From positions 32,001-96,000 of the IMG/VR virus record IMGVR_UViG_3300031853_000002: a stretch of DNA of 64,000 nucleotides; one strand, written 5' to 3'. Source of the DNA: a virus. Taxonomy: Duplodnaviria > Caudoviricetes. The notes under the pieces were generated by a model that did no database searches, was not told where the DNA came from, and saw only the letters and a program-made list of their open reading frames with translations. Below, piece by piece: positions 51,379 through 64,000 of the stretch (position 1 is its first letter; the number at the start of each line of letters is the position of its first letter). The position numbers and the translations under genes are program-made.

Positions 51379-54300
51379 ATCTTATAACACCTTTAAAAAA
51401 TTCACTAGAGGTTGATTTAGCAATTAAATAGTTATCTCAAAAAGGTAATCTAGTGTATGAATACAACCCATTCAAAACATTCAGAATAAATACAACAGGA
51501 GACTCTGAATTATTAGATGAACTTGGTAATCCTTTACCTAAAGGTTCTATCTTAGATTTAGATACATCTAAATTAAAATTTGATTTAAAACATCCTGTTG
51601 ATATGACTATTTAGCCTTCATATGATGGTTCAGTTAATGTTATCTTAAATGATGGCATTAACGAACCTCGTATGATTAATAGTCGTTTCTCTGTTACTGG
51701 AATGGATACTTATTAGATAGTAGATAGAGAAGGAGATAATGATACAAATATATATGATAAAGAATCTTTTGATACTGATATATCTTTATATAAAAAAGTA
51801 AATAGTATAGCTAAAATTAAATTTATGGGTGTTAATACTGGGGGCAATCTTCCTGTTGGTAATTATCACTTTTATTTTAAATTAGCTGATGCAGATGGTA
51901 ACGAGACCGATTTCGTTGGAGAATCTGGTTTAGTAACTTGTTATATAGGAAATTTAAATGAACCTAGTTCAATATAGGGAGGTATCAGAGATTAGAGTAG
52001 CTTTAAAGCTGTCCATTTTAGATTATCTAATTTAGATTCATCATATTCAAATGTTGTAATATATTATACTAGATATACTTCAGATAATTTAGCAAATAAA
52101 ACAACTGAAGCTTTTAAAATATTAAAAAATTTCCCAATATACAGTTCTAATTGTGAAATAAGAATAAATGGCTATGAAGAAAAATTAGGAGTTAGTATTA
52201 ATGATATTAATGCTTAGTTTAATCTCGTAAAATCTGTAAATACATAGGAAATTGCTTAGAATATGTTATTTATGGGAAATGTTAGAAAGGAAGAACTTCC
52301 TTATAAAGAACTTGCTGATTTATCATTGCGTTTTTGGCCAAGTCTTGTGCAAGAGGATAGTATAGGATTTGTAAATGAGAATTATAAAGATACTTCTGGG
52401 AAGTATGAATATTATAATGTAAATAATCTATATTATAAATTAGGGTATTGGAATGATGAAATATATCGTTTTGGGATAGTATATATAATGAAAGATTATT
52501 CACTTTCTCCAGTATTTAATGTCAGGGGAAGAGAACTAGTAAGATTGAATGATTCTTGTACTATAGAAGCCATTTACAATGGTACTGCCAGAGTATATAT
52601 TCCTATAGACAAATAGTATTCAGCTATTAATTCTACTGATAATTGTAAAGGAGTGAGTAGAATATATTGTAATACTTCACAAATATAGGAAAATGAAGTT
52701 AAACCTATAGCAATTAAATTCAATTACACAGAAGATCTTATAAATGAACTTAAAAAATATACTATAGGATGTTTCTTTGTAAGATAGAAAAGAATTGCTA
52801 CTACTTTATGTTAGGCAGTTTCTATAGGTATAGAAAATATAAGTCATTTACCAACAATTCCAATTTCTAATGGAGATAATGAAGATAGTACTACTTATTT
52901 AATGGAAGGGTTCTTTAATAAAGAGAGAATTCTTACACACAACTTTGATGAAAGGCGTGTAACTTTAGATTCTTCATCTGTAAATACTGGAAATGCAGCT
53001 ATATGTCCAGAATTTGAATTAAACCCAGGATTTTATAATTAGTTCTTTACAGGTTCAAATTTTGAAGTTAGAAGTTCTCTCAATCAATTAAAACAAAAGC
53101 ACTGTTCAAGAAGCGGCACACATCTATATAGTATCAAAGGAGAAACAGATACTAATTTAACCCTTCAATAGCTTTAGATTGTATCACTATAGGATGGGTA
53201 GGCACTTGCTAAGAATAGAAACTTATTATATTCAGCGTTAGCAGGAACAGCAGAAGAAGTACAAAGAGTTTCTTATTATACTTATAGAAATCCCTCAGAA
53301 GAAGCTTCTAACGTATTAAGAGGGGTCTATGGTCCTTATATAGGCTTAGAAGGTCAAGAAAAATTACCATATGCCATGACTATAATAGATATAAAGATTC
53401 CTAACTATAGTGAATCTAATATGAGTGAATACTTTCAAATTAGATATCAAGATACTTCTCCATTTGAGCCTATTTCTGAAAGATTCTTGTGGGAAGATAT
53501 TTCTAAAAATAATATATGTTATAGAGGTGATTGTTTTATAGGTAATTTTACACATAGAATGGTAAGAAACTTTGCAGATCCTTCAGCCCCATATAATGAT
53601 GAAATTATTAGTGTAAATACATGGAAGGATAACATGAATTTATCTGATATAGACTCGTTTAAAGATGTTAACAGAGGAGATGTAAACGCAGTTAAAATGG
53701 GGCACTGGATTACAGTTAAAATATGTAGCAATGTAAACCTCTCTATAAGAAGTGTTGATCATTCTTGGACATCAGAAGAAGGAATAACTAATAAGCCACG
53801 TGCTTTCTTCCCATTATATGCTAGAAATACATCAGGAGAAAATAAAGTTCCAGAGTCTAATGTATATAACGATGGATATTCAACTACATTATCTACAAAA
53901 TATAACTTTGAAATGCCTGATGTTCCAGCAGTAAAAAATGTATTTATAACTAGAATAATGTATTCTGAGATAGCTATTAATGATGCCTTCCGAAACGGAT
54001 TTAGAGTATTTAATCTTACTAATTATAGGGATTATACTCTTACATATGGTGCTCTTACTAGAATTATAGAATTAAAAGGAAGTTTAATTGCTGTTTTTGA
54101 ACATGGTGTATGTTTAATTCCAGTTAATGAAAGAGCAGTTGCTGGAAGAGGAGCAGGTGGAAATGTATTTATAAACACGTCTAGTGTACTGCCAGACAAT
54201 CCAATGGTTCTTTCAGATATGTTTGGTACTTAGTGGCCAGAAAGTGTCTTAAAAACTCCATATTATGTATATGGAATAGATACAGTAGGAAAGAAGATTT

Positions 54301-56057
54301 GGAGAACAAATGGGTAGAATTTTGAAATTATATCAGACTTTAGAGTTGAAAAGTTCCTTATTGATAATATATCACTTACTGAGACAGAGAAAGAACCAAT
54401 AATTGGAATACGTAATGTAAAGACTCATTATAATGCGTTTAAGAATGATGTAATGTTTACTTTCTATGATGATATTAATACAATAGAAGAAAAAGTTTGG
54501 AACTTATGTTATAATGAAATATAGAGTAAATTTACTACTTTATATTCTTGGGTTCCCTCTTATTCTGCTGATGTAGACAATATAATGTTTAGTTTTGATA
54601 GAAACACTTCTAAAGTTATTACTAAGCTTACTTCTATTTATCCAAAATTAGCACTTGTACAAGACGCTTATACTGGAAGTACAATTGAAAACAATAGTTA
54701 TGTATGTCTAGGTACTTTAAAAATTAATAATGATAATAACAGTTCTTATAGCTTTTAGTTATATAATGATAATTTTAATAATAACTATAGGTATAGGGTA
54801 GAAAATGGAAGATTATATGTAGTAAAGGAAGCTTATAATTCACAAGATTACTGGACTGCAGCTATAGAAGCTAGAATAATAACAAGCGACTAGTCTACTG
54901 ATATATATAATAAATATATAAGTGGTTCTATATACGGAACAGTAACAGCATGTAAACCTTCATATAGAAATACATTAACCACATCATTTTGGAAACATGG
55001 GCAAGCAGGACTTATGGAAACTGAAGGAAAAATAAAACCTTGTCATTGGTATGGCGAGCAACATCCTTTTGAATTTGAGTTTATAGTTCTTGATAATCCT
55101 ATAATGCACAAGATATTTAATAACTTACAAATAATAAGTAATAAAGCATAGCCTGAATCTTTCCATTTTGATGTAGTTGGAGAAGTATATGATTGGAATA
55201 ATGATAAACTAAATATGTATTGCAGATAGGAGGCTACTAAATAGCTGTTCTAGAAACTAGGTTCTAATATTAAGTATAATCCTAATTATAAAGAACTTAC
55301 TCCAAGATAGAGAAAAATACTAGGAAGCACTTACAATTAGAAATCTACATATTTACCACTATATTATAGAAGGACTGAACACTTAGATAAAATATATAAC
55401 TCTTATACCATGATGCAACAACCATCTGGTAATTGGAACAGTAGAGTTCCTAGAGATTATGCTCACTTATCAGGCTCTGAGATAGTATACGATCCTCAAC
55501 TTAACGAATTTAGAATTTGGACCCATATAGGATGTTGTCCAATAGATGGATACTACGATAAAGAAGTAAGTTATAATGACTATCTTTATATAGTAAATCA
55601 TTTTGCTCCAACACATAGAAGAGTTTACGCTTGGCAAGAAGATGATGGTTCTACAAAATATTATGAACGTATATTCTATGGACGTATAAAAGGAAACTCA
55701 GAATATAAAGAGGATAAATGGTATGTACAGATTCCTTCTATTACATTTATGTAGAAGAATGAGGCTAATTGGAATAAACCTCCTATTATTATAAATCCTT
55801 CTGAACTTCCAGAAGATTTAAAAAATACTTAGATAAGTGCATAGACTCTTCCAGAAGGATACACATTCTCTGAATTACAAATATTACCTAATACAGGTGA
55901 TAGAGGAGATGCTTATCCTCCAACATATGGAGGATGGACAGCTCGTAAAGAAACTAAAATTAGAGATAAATATATGAGAGTAAGAATAAGATATAAAGGA
56001 AATGACCTTGCTGTTATTTCTGCAATAAAAACTATATATACTGAAAGTTATGCGTAA
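51375..56057 (+). CDS. Tail stabilisation/muzzle protein B, ~1560 aa (code 15)
   Basis: LGYWNDEIYRFGIVY, YRGDCFI, RIMYSE, FTTLYSWVP, KIFNNL and IRDKYMRVRIRY motifs. Confidence 0.75.
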
Positions 56058-57276
56058 ATTAATTAGAAAGTGTCAAAATGGAGCTAATACATTGAATGTA
56101 GGAGCTGAATCTCTAAACATTGGAAAGGAATTAAGTTAGTCTGCTTTAGATGCTGCTAATGCTTGGAAATCAGTAGAAAAAGGAGGATTCTTATCTGGAG
56201 TATCTAATTTTGGAAAAGATATATTTAAGAACATGGGAGGAACTTCTGGGCTTATATCCATGGGAGGAAATGTACTTAATTCCTTATTACCAGAAGCTAC
56301 ACAATCAAATGGGCTAAAATTTGCTAATACTGCTTTATCTTTTGCTGAAAATATCCCAGTATATGGTAAATTTGCTACCTTAGCTAAATTAGGACTTAAT
56401 ACTCTTAATACTGTAGCTGGACATACTATAAAATCCTTAAATAATAATCAAGGAGTACAAGATACTTTAGCAGGAACTGGAGGAGGATATGGAGATTTTA
56501 TGAACTCTTGGGATGAGGCTTCTAAGTATTCTGGGAAAAGAGCAGGATTTTTTGATGGTAATAAGTATGACAGAATGGTAGAAGATGCCAACAGACAGAT
56601 GAATATTCTTCAAAGCATAATAGGAAAGAAAAGTATTGGGGATTTGCTAACTACTTAGATGGGAGATAGATGGAACGAACGTACTATGATGGATATGAAC
56701 GGAGGACCTGGAAATATAATGTTTGGGCGTCTTGGTCTTAAAGTAGAAATACTTCCTAAAGTTCATGCACTCCTCAATAAATCTAAAGTTCTTGACACTT
56801 TAAAAGAATGGGAAGAAGATGTTCAAGAATTTAAGGAAGGAGGTAAAATGAATGTTATTCCTGAAGGTTCCTTACATGCACGTTTACATCATATGGAAAA
56901 TGCAGAAGGTCTAACTAAAAAAGGAATTCCTGTAGTTACTGAGAAAGAAGGAGGAGAACTTGAACAACAAGCAGAAATAGAACTAAATGAAATTATATTT
57001 AATTTAGAAGTTACTACTGAACTTGAAAAATTAATGAAAGATGGTTCTGATAATGCAGCTATTGAAGCAGGTAAGCTCCTTGTTAAAGAAATATTTGAGA
57101 ATACTGATGATAGAACAGGCCTTATTAAATAGTTAGAACCAGAAAAGAAAGAGCCTACAACTGAAGATATAGAAAAAAATCATCAAGTATTTAAAAACGG
57201 AGGAATACTAGAAAAAATTAATGGACTTTCTCCAGAACAATTAGAAAAACTAACTAAATTTTTAAATGAGGTATGA
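56050..57276 (+). CDS. Putative cargo/ejection protein, ~408 aa (code 15)
   Basis: Gly/Ala-rich hydrophobic N-terminal half; IPEGSLH..KGIPV..AEIELNEIIF domain; FKEGG and FKNGG motifs. Confidence 0.7.
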
Positions 57277-57845
57277 TAAATATTACTTTAGGAGATAAAT
57301 AGTTTAAGGTAGAAGAAGCTGCCTCATATAAAGAAAGACGAGATGGACTGCAAGGAGTCAAAGAACTTGCTCCAAATGAAGGAATGATTTTTTATTTTGA
57401 CGAACCTGACCTTGTAGAGATGTGGATGAAAGATACTTTAATTCCTTTAGATATAATCTTTATAAATAGTGACTAGGAGGTAACAGCAGTAGAACAAGGT
57501 AAACCTAATGATCCTACTTTATTAAGTCATGAAGATACTCTTTATGTAGTAGAACTTAATCAAGGTTCTGGAGTAAAAGTTGGTGATGAACTTGAATTTG
57601 ATGATGACAAGGCCCCTACTATGAAGGTTCTTGCACCTGATGGTTCTACTCAAATGGAGCTTGAAGGAGGAGAAAGAATAGTATCTCGTAGAGAAACTAA
57701 GGTTCTTATTTCTAAAGCTTATAGAGCAAGAGAAAGTCATAATGATAAAGATTATAAAGCATTAGGACGTTATATATTTAAGGTATTTAAGAAGTAGGAT
57801 TCAAGAGAGCCAGAGTATGTACAACAACCTGCATCTAAATCTTAA
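57273..57845 (+). CDS. DUF192-domain protein with C-terminal extension, 190 aa (code 15)
   Basis: EGMIFYF, MWMKDTLIPLDIIFI, YVVELNQG and GVKVGD motifs; absent from the ORF track. Confidence 0.85.
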
Positions 57846-57867
57846 TATGTTAAAATTAGATAAAATA

Positions 57868-57899
57868 CTTGTAAAAATAGGAGTATAGACATATATTTA
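57868..57899 (+). promoter_or_regulatory. Putative Bacteroidota sigma-A-like promoter
   Basis: CTTG-N20-TATATTTA upstream of ATG 57934. Confidence 0.45.
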
Positions 57900-57933
57900 C
57901 TGTACTCAAGAGTTTAATTAAACTATTTATTTT

Positions 57934-58251
57934 ATGAAGTTCAAAACACTAAAATTTCAAGAGGGAGGTGCAATGCCTCCACAAGAAGCACCAGCAGGCG
58001 CACCTGAAGCAGGTCAAGCTGGAGCACCAGCAGAAGGAGGTCCTGAAGCTGGAGGTCAAGATCCACTTATGCAATTAGTACAGATGAGTATGCAGGCTCT
58101 ACAGAGTCAAGATTGCCAAGCAGCAATGGCTGTATGTCAAGCCTTTGTTCAGTTAGCACAGCAGCAAGGTGGTGCTGAACAGCAACCAGAACCACAAGGC
58201 GAGCCTGTTTATAGGAGAGGCGGAAAACTCGCTAGACTCATAAAGAAGTAA
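57934..58251 (+). CDS. Gln/Ala/Pro-rich small protein, 105 aa (no TAG)
   Basis: Complete ORF between a promoter-like site and a terminator; KFQEGG and YRRGG termini. Confidence 0.85.
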   Translation: MKFKTLKFQEGGAMPPQEAPAGAPEAGQAGAPAEGGPEAGGQDPLMQLVQMSMQALQSQDCQAAMAVCQAFVQLAQQQGGAEQQPEPQGEPVYRRGGKLARLIKK

Positions 58252-58261
58252 TAACTGAATA

Positions 58262-58293
58262 GGGGTATACGTTAATTCGTGTACCCCATTTTT
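58262..58293 (+). terminator. Rho-independent terminator
   Basis: ggggtatacg-ttaatt-cgtgtacccc followed by attttt. Confidence 0.88.
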
Positions 58294-58298
58294 AATAT

Positions 58299-61200
58299 AT
58301 GGCAGAACCTAAAAACCCTTTTAATTTCGGTACAGGGAATATCGATAAAGACCAATGGCTAAGAGATATAGATGCTGAACAAGGTGAATTTGTATCTCAA
58401 TATAGTAATGCAGTAAATAAACATAGAGCTACTCTTCTAAGAGACGCTTTTGCTGATTTACGTAGACGTATAGCCAATGGTGATATGCTGAGCCGTACTG
58501 CTGATGGCTAGTACCAATTTAGTTCAGCATTAAATAGAGAAGATAAACATATGTAGGAGGCATATCAAAGAGCACTTGGCTTTATGGGGGATTTAGCTAG
58601 AAGACAAATACAAGCACCTCCTGCAACAGAACCAGAAAAGAAAGCTCTTGGTAATCTTGAAGAAAGATATATAAAATCTCTCAATCCCTCTGGTAAATTT
58701 AATACAGAGGCGTATTGGAAAAATCAAACAGACGAAGATAGAAGAACATCACTTAGAGAATTTTTAAATAAAGAACTTAAGGAAGCTGGAAATTATCAAG
58801 ACTTTGGAAATTTTGGGGATAGAGATACCTATACTTAGAGACTACAGACTGTAATGAATCTTTTAGAAAGTGGTAAAGCTAATGATTGGTCACTACAACA
58901 ACTTGGATTTACAAAGAATTGGTTAGCAAAACCAGAAGAGGAGGAAGAAAAAAAGTCTGAAACAGATGAAGAAGTAGCTACTAAAGCTTATAATGACCAA
59001 TTAACTTAGAGAAAAGTTGCTCAGCTTAACAATATAACTAACTTTATGTAGTAGGCTTCTCCCGAAATTTGGTATAATTTTTCTACTCCATAGTATGATA
59101 GTACACAATTCAATAATATGATAAGAGAAGCTTGGGCAACTGGGGGAGCGGAAGTAGATAAATATAAAAATCCTTACTCTATAGAAAATGCCTATAGTGA
59201 TAATGTTGGAGGTGTACCATAGAATTTTATAAATGATTACATAAATAACTTTTCTAAAAACCTGAATGATTATTTTGGCAATCTAGGTATAAAGTATAAT
59301 TCTATGTATGCTGATGATAAAGATAAATTAGCATAGAACTTAGCTTATTTATTTAGAAAGAATAAAGAAGGAAAATATACATATAATGAGATAATATAGA
59401 AATATTTAACTCCACTCAGTGATGGCTCTTTCTTAATAAATGGTTCAGAGGATAAGACTTCTGGACGTTATGCTAGATATGTTCCTGGAAAGGGAATAAT
59501 TGAAGAAAGTATAGGTAATACTTATATTAATAGAAATGATCTTGATAATATTTTTAATATAACAAGACAGAAAAATGGAGGCGTTATTAAAGCTCAATAT
59601 GGTACTGCTCTATAGGACTTTAATGAAGACCTGGAGGAAACTTAGCCCAAGGCAATAAGTTAGCCTAAATAGACAAAAGTAGTATCCGAATAGAAAAGCA
59701 GAAGTCCTTTTGATGGTTGGACTACAGGGGATTATGCTTTACTTGGTAGTGCTGCTGCTGATATAGCTTCTGCAGCAGCTTCTTATGTTCCAGGAGGGCA
59801 AGCTATTTCTGGTATATTAGGAGCAGGAAGTACACTGACTTCTAGTATTGTTGACTTTAAAAGAAATAATATAAAGTCTGGTCTAGCTAATTTATTTCTT
59901 GGTTTAGGAGCAGATGTAGCAGGAATGCTTCCAGTAGTTGGTACAGCTGCTAAAACTGCAAAAATAGCTAAAACAATAGGTAAATTATCTAAAATTTTAG
60001 TTCCTGCCTTTACTGCAATGGGAGCTACTCAGGCATTAAGTGCTACTGGGAAGGTAATTAAAGGAGAAGCTTTAACACCTTAGGAATGGCAAGATCTTGC
60101 TCAAGGAATACAACTAATTATTAGCGGCGGAGCTAAAGGTGTTGCAGGTCATAGTAACAGTGCTTTTAAACGTACACAAGCAGAAGGAGTTACGCATTAT
60201 GATGTAAAATTAGAAGATGGTACTACATCAAGAATAACTAGAGAAGAGTTTGAGGGGGCTAAAAGAAATGATTATAAGGGTACTGTTAAACAAAATATAT
60301 TTGGACAAATAAAAGGAAATGCTGTTGTTACCAAGGAAGGAGTAGAAAAAGCTAATAATTAGATAGTATCTGAAAGTCTTAATCCCTTTAATTCAGTAAC
60401 TAGAAAATAGAAATAGTATATGTTGAATAAAGCAGGAGATCAAGGATATTATATAAAAAACTGGATATGGCCAGAATGGAGTCCTATACAAAATAAACTT
60501 AAAAAGATATAGGAAAGAAGACTAGGATTAACATAGCCCACAACTCCTGGAGGAAATTAGCCTAATCTTGGAACTGGAGCACCTCCAACATAGTCAAATG
60601 GCACTAGAGGTAAAAATAAATCCAAACCTCTTACTGAAGAATAGAAAGTAGCTAGAAGATAGAGGGCAGCTACTAAAAAGCAAGAACAAAAAGCAAAGGA
60701 ACTAGAAAATCTAAGAAGATAGCAAATATATGGAATGTCTGAAGAGATTCCACAAGCTTCTAGTCAAGCTATTAATATCCAAAGGAAGTAGGAACAAGCA
60801 AATCTTAGTAGTCGTTTTGCTAATGAAGTGGAAATGCCTGGACCACAAATGGAAACATAGAAAAATAAATTTTATCGCAGATATGGAAATGCAGTAAGAT
60901 ATCATCAAATAGGTGGGATTCTTAAAACTCTTAGAAATGGTGGTATTATTAAAGCTGATGATGGAACTAAGTTCCCTTCTTTAAAAGGATACGCAACAGA
61001 TACTGATTGGGCTAATTTAAATTTTGGTACTAGCACTAATCATAATTATGCCGATAATGGATTTTCTAATAGAAAAGCAGGAGGATTAGGTCCATCAAGA
61101 GGTTTCTATGCTAATGGAGTTAATGGGGATTTATATCAAGATTTAAATTCTGCAAGATAGGCCCAATATAATTATTATACTTTTGATGGAGGAAAAAATA

Positions 61201-62594
61201 TATTCGGAGATGTATTAAATTACTATAATACCTGGAAAACTGATAATCCAAATGGTAATTACCAAACTTTTATATAGGATTATAATTCAAAAGTGGATGA
61301 GTTAAGAAATTTAAATAAGAAAAAATTAAATACAACTTTTAATTCTTCTGGATGGACTTATTTTAATGACTTATTTCATAAACTATATTAGAATTATGGC
61401 AAAACCTACATAAATAAAGATGGAAAAGAAGAAGTTTTTGATGATTGGTCTGATAAATTAAAGGATTATTTTGGAGAAAGTACAGCAAGAAGAGTTCCAA
61501 ACACATTTGATGATCATGAACAATTTGCTGATTTAAGAAATGGCTTATTAAATGATAAGGATTTAAAGTCAAGAGTGGGTATTGATAATGAGGGAAAATT
61601 GTTTATGTATGATTAGAGTAATGATGGAATAACGGAAACATCTAAAACAGGAAAAGAAGGTTCTAAAGCAACTGATTCTGAAGGAGGTATAAAGACTATA
61701 TTTAATACAGAATATAAAAATCCTAATGATCCAACTCCTTATATAATAGCAGGTAAAACTGTTATGGGCTTAATAGGTAATAGAAATATATATAAGAACT
61801 TGTTAGACGAAATGCCTCAAGCACCACTTCGTGATCCTATAGATAGAAAACTTGCTATTGTAGGATGGCAAGAAGCTATTAAACAAGGACAAAATCAACT
61901 TGCTGACCTTAGAAATGCTACTTGGATGTAGCATGGCTCTGACCAGTAGACTAACTTAGCAGGAATGTATGAGACTGAAGGTAAAGGCCGTGATATAATG
62001 AATGATAAGTTCATGAAGGATTCCGGAAGACAGTTTGAAACTGCATAGAAATCTTGGAATCTTGATAATGAAGATACTCTATATAATATTGGAGTTGGAG
62101 ATGCTAATAGAAAAGCTATTGCTGATAGAGCACGTATGATGACACAAATTAGAGCTGCTTGGAGAAGTGGTGATAATAATATACTTATGGGAGCTTTATC
62201 TGACACTGGTAATTGGTTGATGAAGAGATATCAACGTGAACAAGATATAGTTGATAAAACAAGAGAACTTAGCTTAGGAACTCCAGAGGAATGGGCACAA
62301 TCTGAATATACTTCTAAACTTGGAGAATTAGCTAATAAAAAAGAGGCGGATTTAACCCCAGCAGACAGAGCTAAAATTTAGGCTGTAAAGGCTCAAGTTC
62401 TAAGAGAAATGAGAAAGAAATATTCGGAAAGATATTATAATACATTTGGAACTAATTTATTTGGAGGAGGTTCTTATACCACTATGGCTAAAGACGGAAC
62501 TAAATTAGAAATGTCCAAATTAAAAGCAAGAAGTAAAGATAATGATAGATATGTAAGCATGATGAAAGACTTACGTAAACGTAAAAGAAGATGA
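58299..62594 (+). CDS. Large putative cargo/ejection protein, ~1431 aa (code 15)
   Basis: One frame joining ORFs 58299, 58584, 62136 and 62409 with many TAG; central hydrophobic Gly/Ala helical segment; ATGA end. Confidence 0.78.
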
Positions 62595-64000
62595 GACTAA
62601 ATATTCGTAAATTTCAAATTGGAGGTGAATTTGCCTCTTTAGCTGTTAATTATATACCAACCAGTGCTAGTACAACTGCGGGAGCCTATGCTCCTGCGGT
62701 TGCTACTAGTTCTTCAGGTTCTTCAAAGAGTTCTTCATCATCTAGTAGTAAAGATGAACTTAACATAAAGGATGTACTCAAAGTCTTTGATGGAGTTAAG
62801 GGACTTCCTGTTGATATTTAGTATGTTCTTAAAGACTTTAAATAGATGTTTGATGATGATACTTTATTTTCCTTTAGTGGAAAACCTTCCTATTCTTCTT
62901 TAGTAACATACTATCTTAATAATATAGGAAAGTTTAATGCTTTAGGACATAGTAAAGAACTTTATGATGAAGCTAGGAAACAATTAATAGCTAATAATAG
63001 TTTAGATGAAATAGCCATTGATAGAAATGGACGAGTAGTAGTATCAACAGGAGATGGACTTGATGCTGTTACTATGGATGAATTCAAGAAAGGTGATTAT
63101 ACCGCTCTTACTAACAGAGAATTACTTGATCTTAGATAGAAAAAACTTCCCTTTGGAGATTCAGTATATAATACAATGACAGGTGTTGGCATGGATTCTG
63201 TCATTAAAAAGGTTAATGATATTGTACACAGCCTTGGAACTTCTGAGAAGAATATATCTGGATATACAGCTAAACAATCAGATGCTATACGTTCAGGTCT
63301 TACTACTATGAAAGAGCTTCAAGGAGTTGAGGCTAGCACTATGACAGTAGATGGACTTTATAAAAATAAAGCTATTACTAAGGATTAGGCCTAGTAGGCT
63401 AAACTTGCCTTACAAGCAGTTTATAATAGTCTAACTCCACAAGAAAGAACTCTACTTTCTATTCACTCTCAAGGTGGTAGTCCAACTGAAACTCTTTCTA
63501 GTATTATTCTATCTCGTACACCTGATACAATAGAATTTGAGCCTACTTTACAGGCTACTCTTAATCCAGATGGAACTAAGAAAGAAACTACAAAGGCTGA
63601 GAAGGAACCTGGAGATGAAAATGATAATCCACTTACATAGATGTAGGAACAAAAGGGAGGAGTACATACACAACTTACTTGGATTACTAAGGAAGGTGTT
63701 CAAGCTATGCATACTCCTGGAACTGAATATCCTATGTTAAATAATGTAAAGGGTGATATGAGTATTAAGTCTATGCTTACGGCAAGTGGTATAGCTGGTA
63801 TTACTCAAGGTTATGGAGGAATTACTATGGGTGACCAAGTTATTCCATATGAAAACCTTAAAGACGTTATGTATGAGGATAGAGGTGGTGCTGTTGCTGT
63901 TCTTCCAACTACAACAGATCCTCAAGGTAATAAGAAAGTGGATCTTTCTGTTCTAAATGATTATAACGAGATAGTTAATAATATACCGTATGAATAGGGT
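62591..64000 (+). CDS. Putative cargo protein, 3'-truncated (code 15)
   Basis: MRLNIRKFQIGG start; joins ORFs 62591, 62846, 63176 and 63707; runs off the window end. Confidence 0.75.

Noticed and set aside
224-63925. Minus-strand ORFs in the track
   Set aside because: Short shadows of long plus-strand genes with no recognisable motifs.
1-64000. Mass pseudogenisation or sequencing errors
   Set aside because: Interruptions are only TAG, frames are preserved, and read-through genes tile with coupled start/stop overlaps.
1-64000. TAG as pyrrolysine
   Set aside because: TAG occupies conserved Gln positions (HWQSDV; paralogue CAA), and no pyl genes were seen.
58299-64000. Virion RNA polymerase
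   Set aside because: No DxDxD-type catalytic motif was recognised; by crAss gene order it is expected further downstream.

Overview
AT-rich (roughly 30% GC), wall-to-wall plus-strand late/virion region of a large crAss-like phage (Crassvirales, probable Bacteroidota host). TAG is read as Gln (genetic code 15), so the supplied ORF track is fragmented. With TAG=Q the window tiles into about 32 genes, most joined by ATGA or TAATG overlaps. Order: tail-fibre/receptor-binding block (1-16.6 kb), including a CLec-type protein whose 3' end looks like a diversity-generating retroelement (DGR) variable region and a fibre with an S74-type chaperone; two small TAG-free genes; four large proteins carrying a metallophosphoesterase, BspA repeats, a CotH-like kinase plus LRRs, and a tail domain fused to a PAP2 acid phosphatase (17.4-36.6 kb); a GH108 endolysin; a scaffold-like protein; a major capsid gene split by two group I introns, each with a GIY-YIG endonuclease; ring, auxiliary-capsid, IHF-like and muzzle genes; a DUF192 protein; and the start of the cargo/ejection block. 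No tRNA, reverse transcriptase, terminase, portal or CRISPR array was recognised. All family calls come from motif reading and gene order, not database searches. Reading frames were checked by eye at boundaries and sampled internally, not machine-translated.
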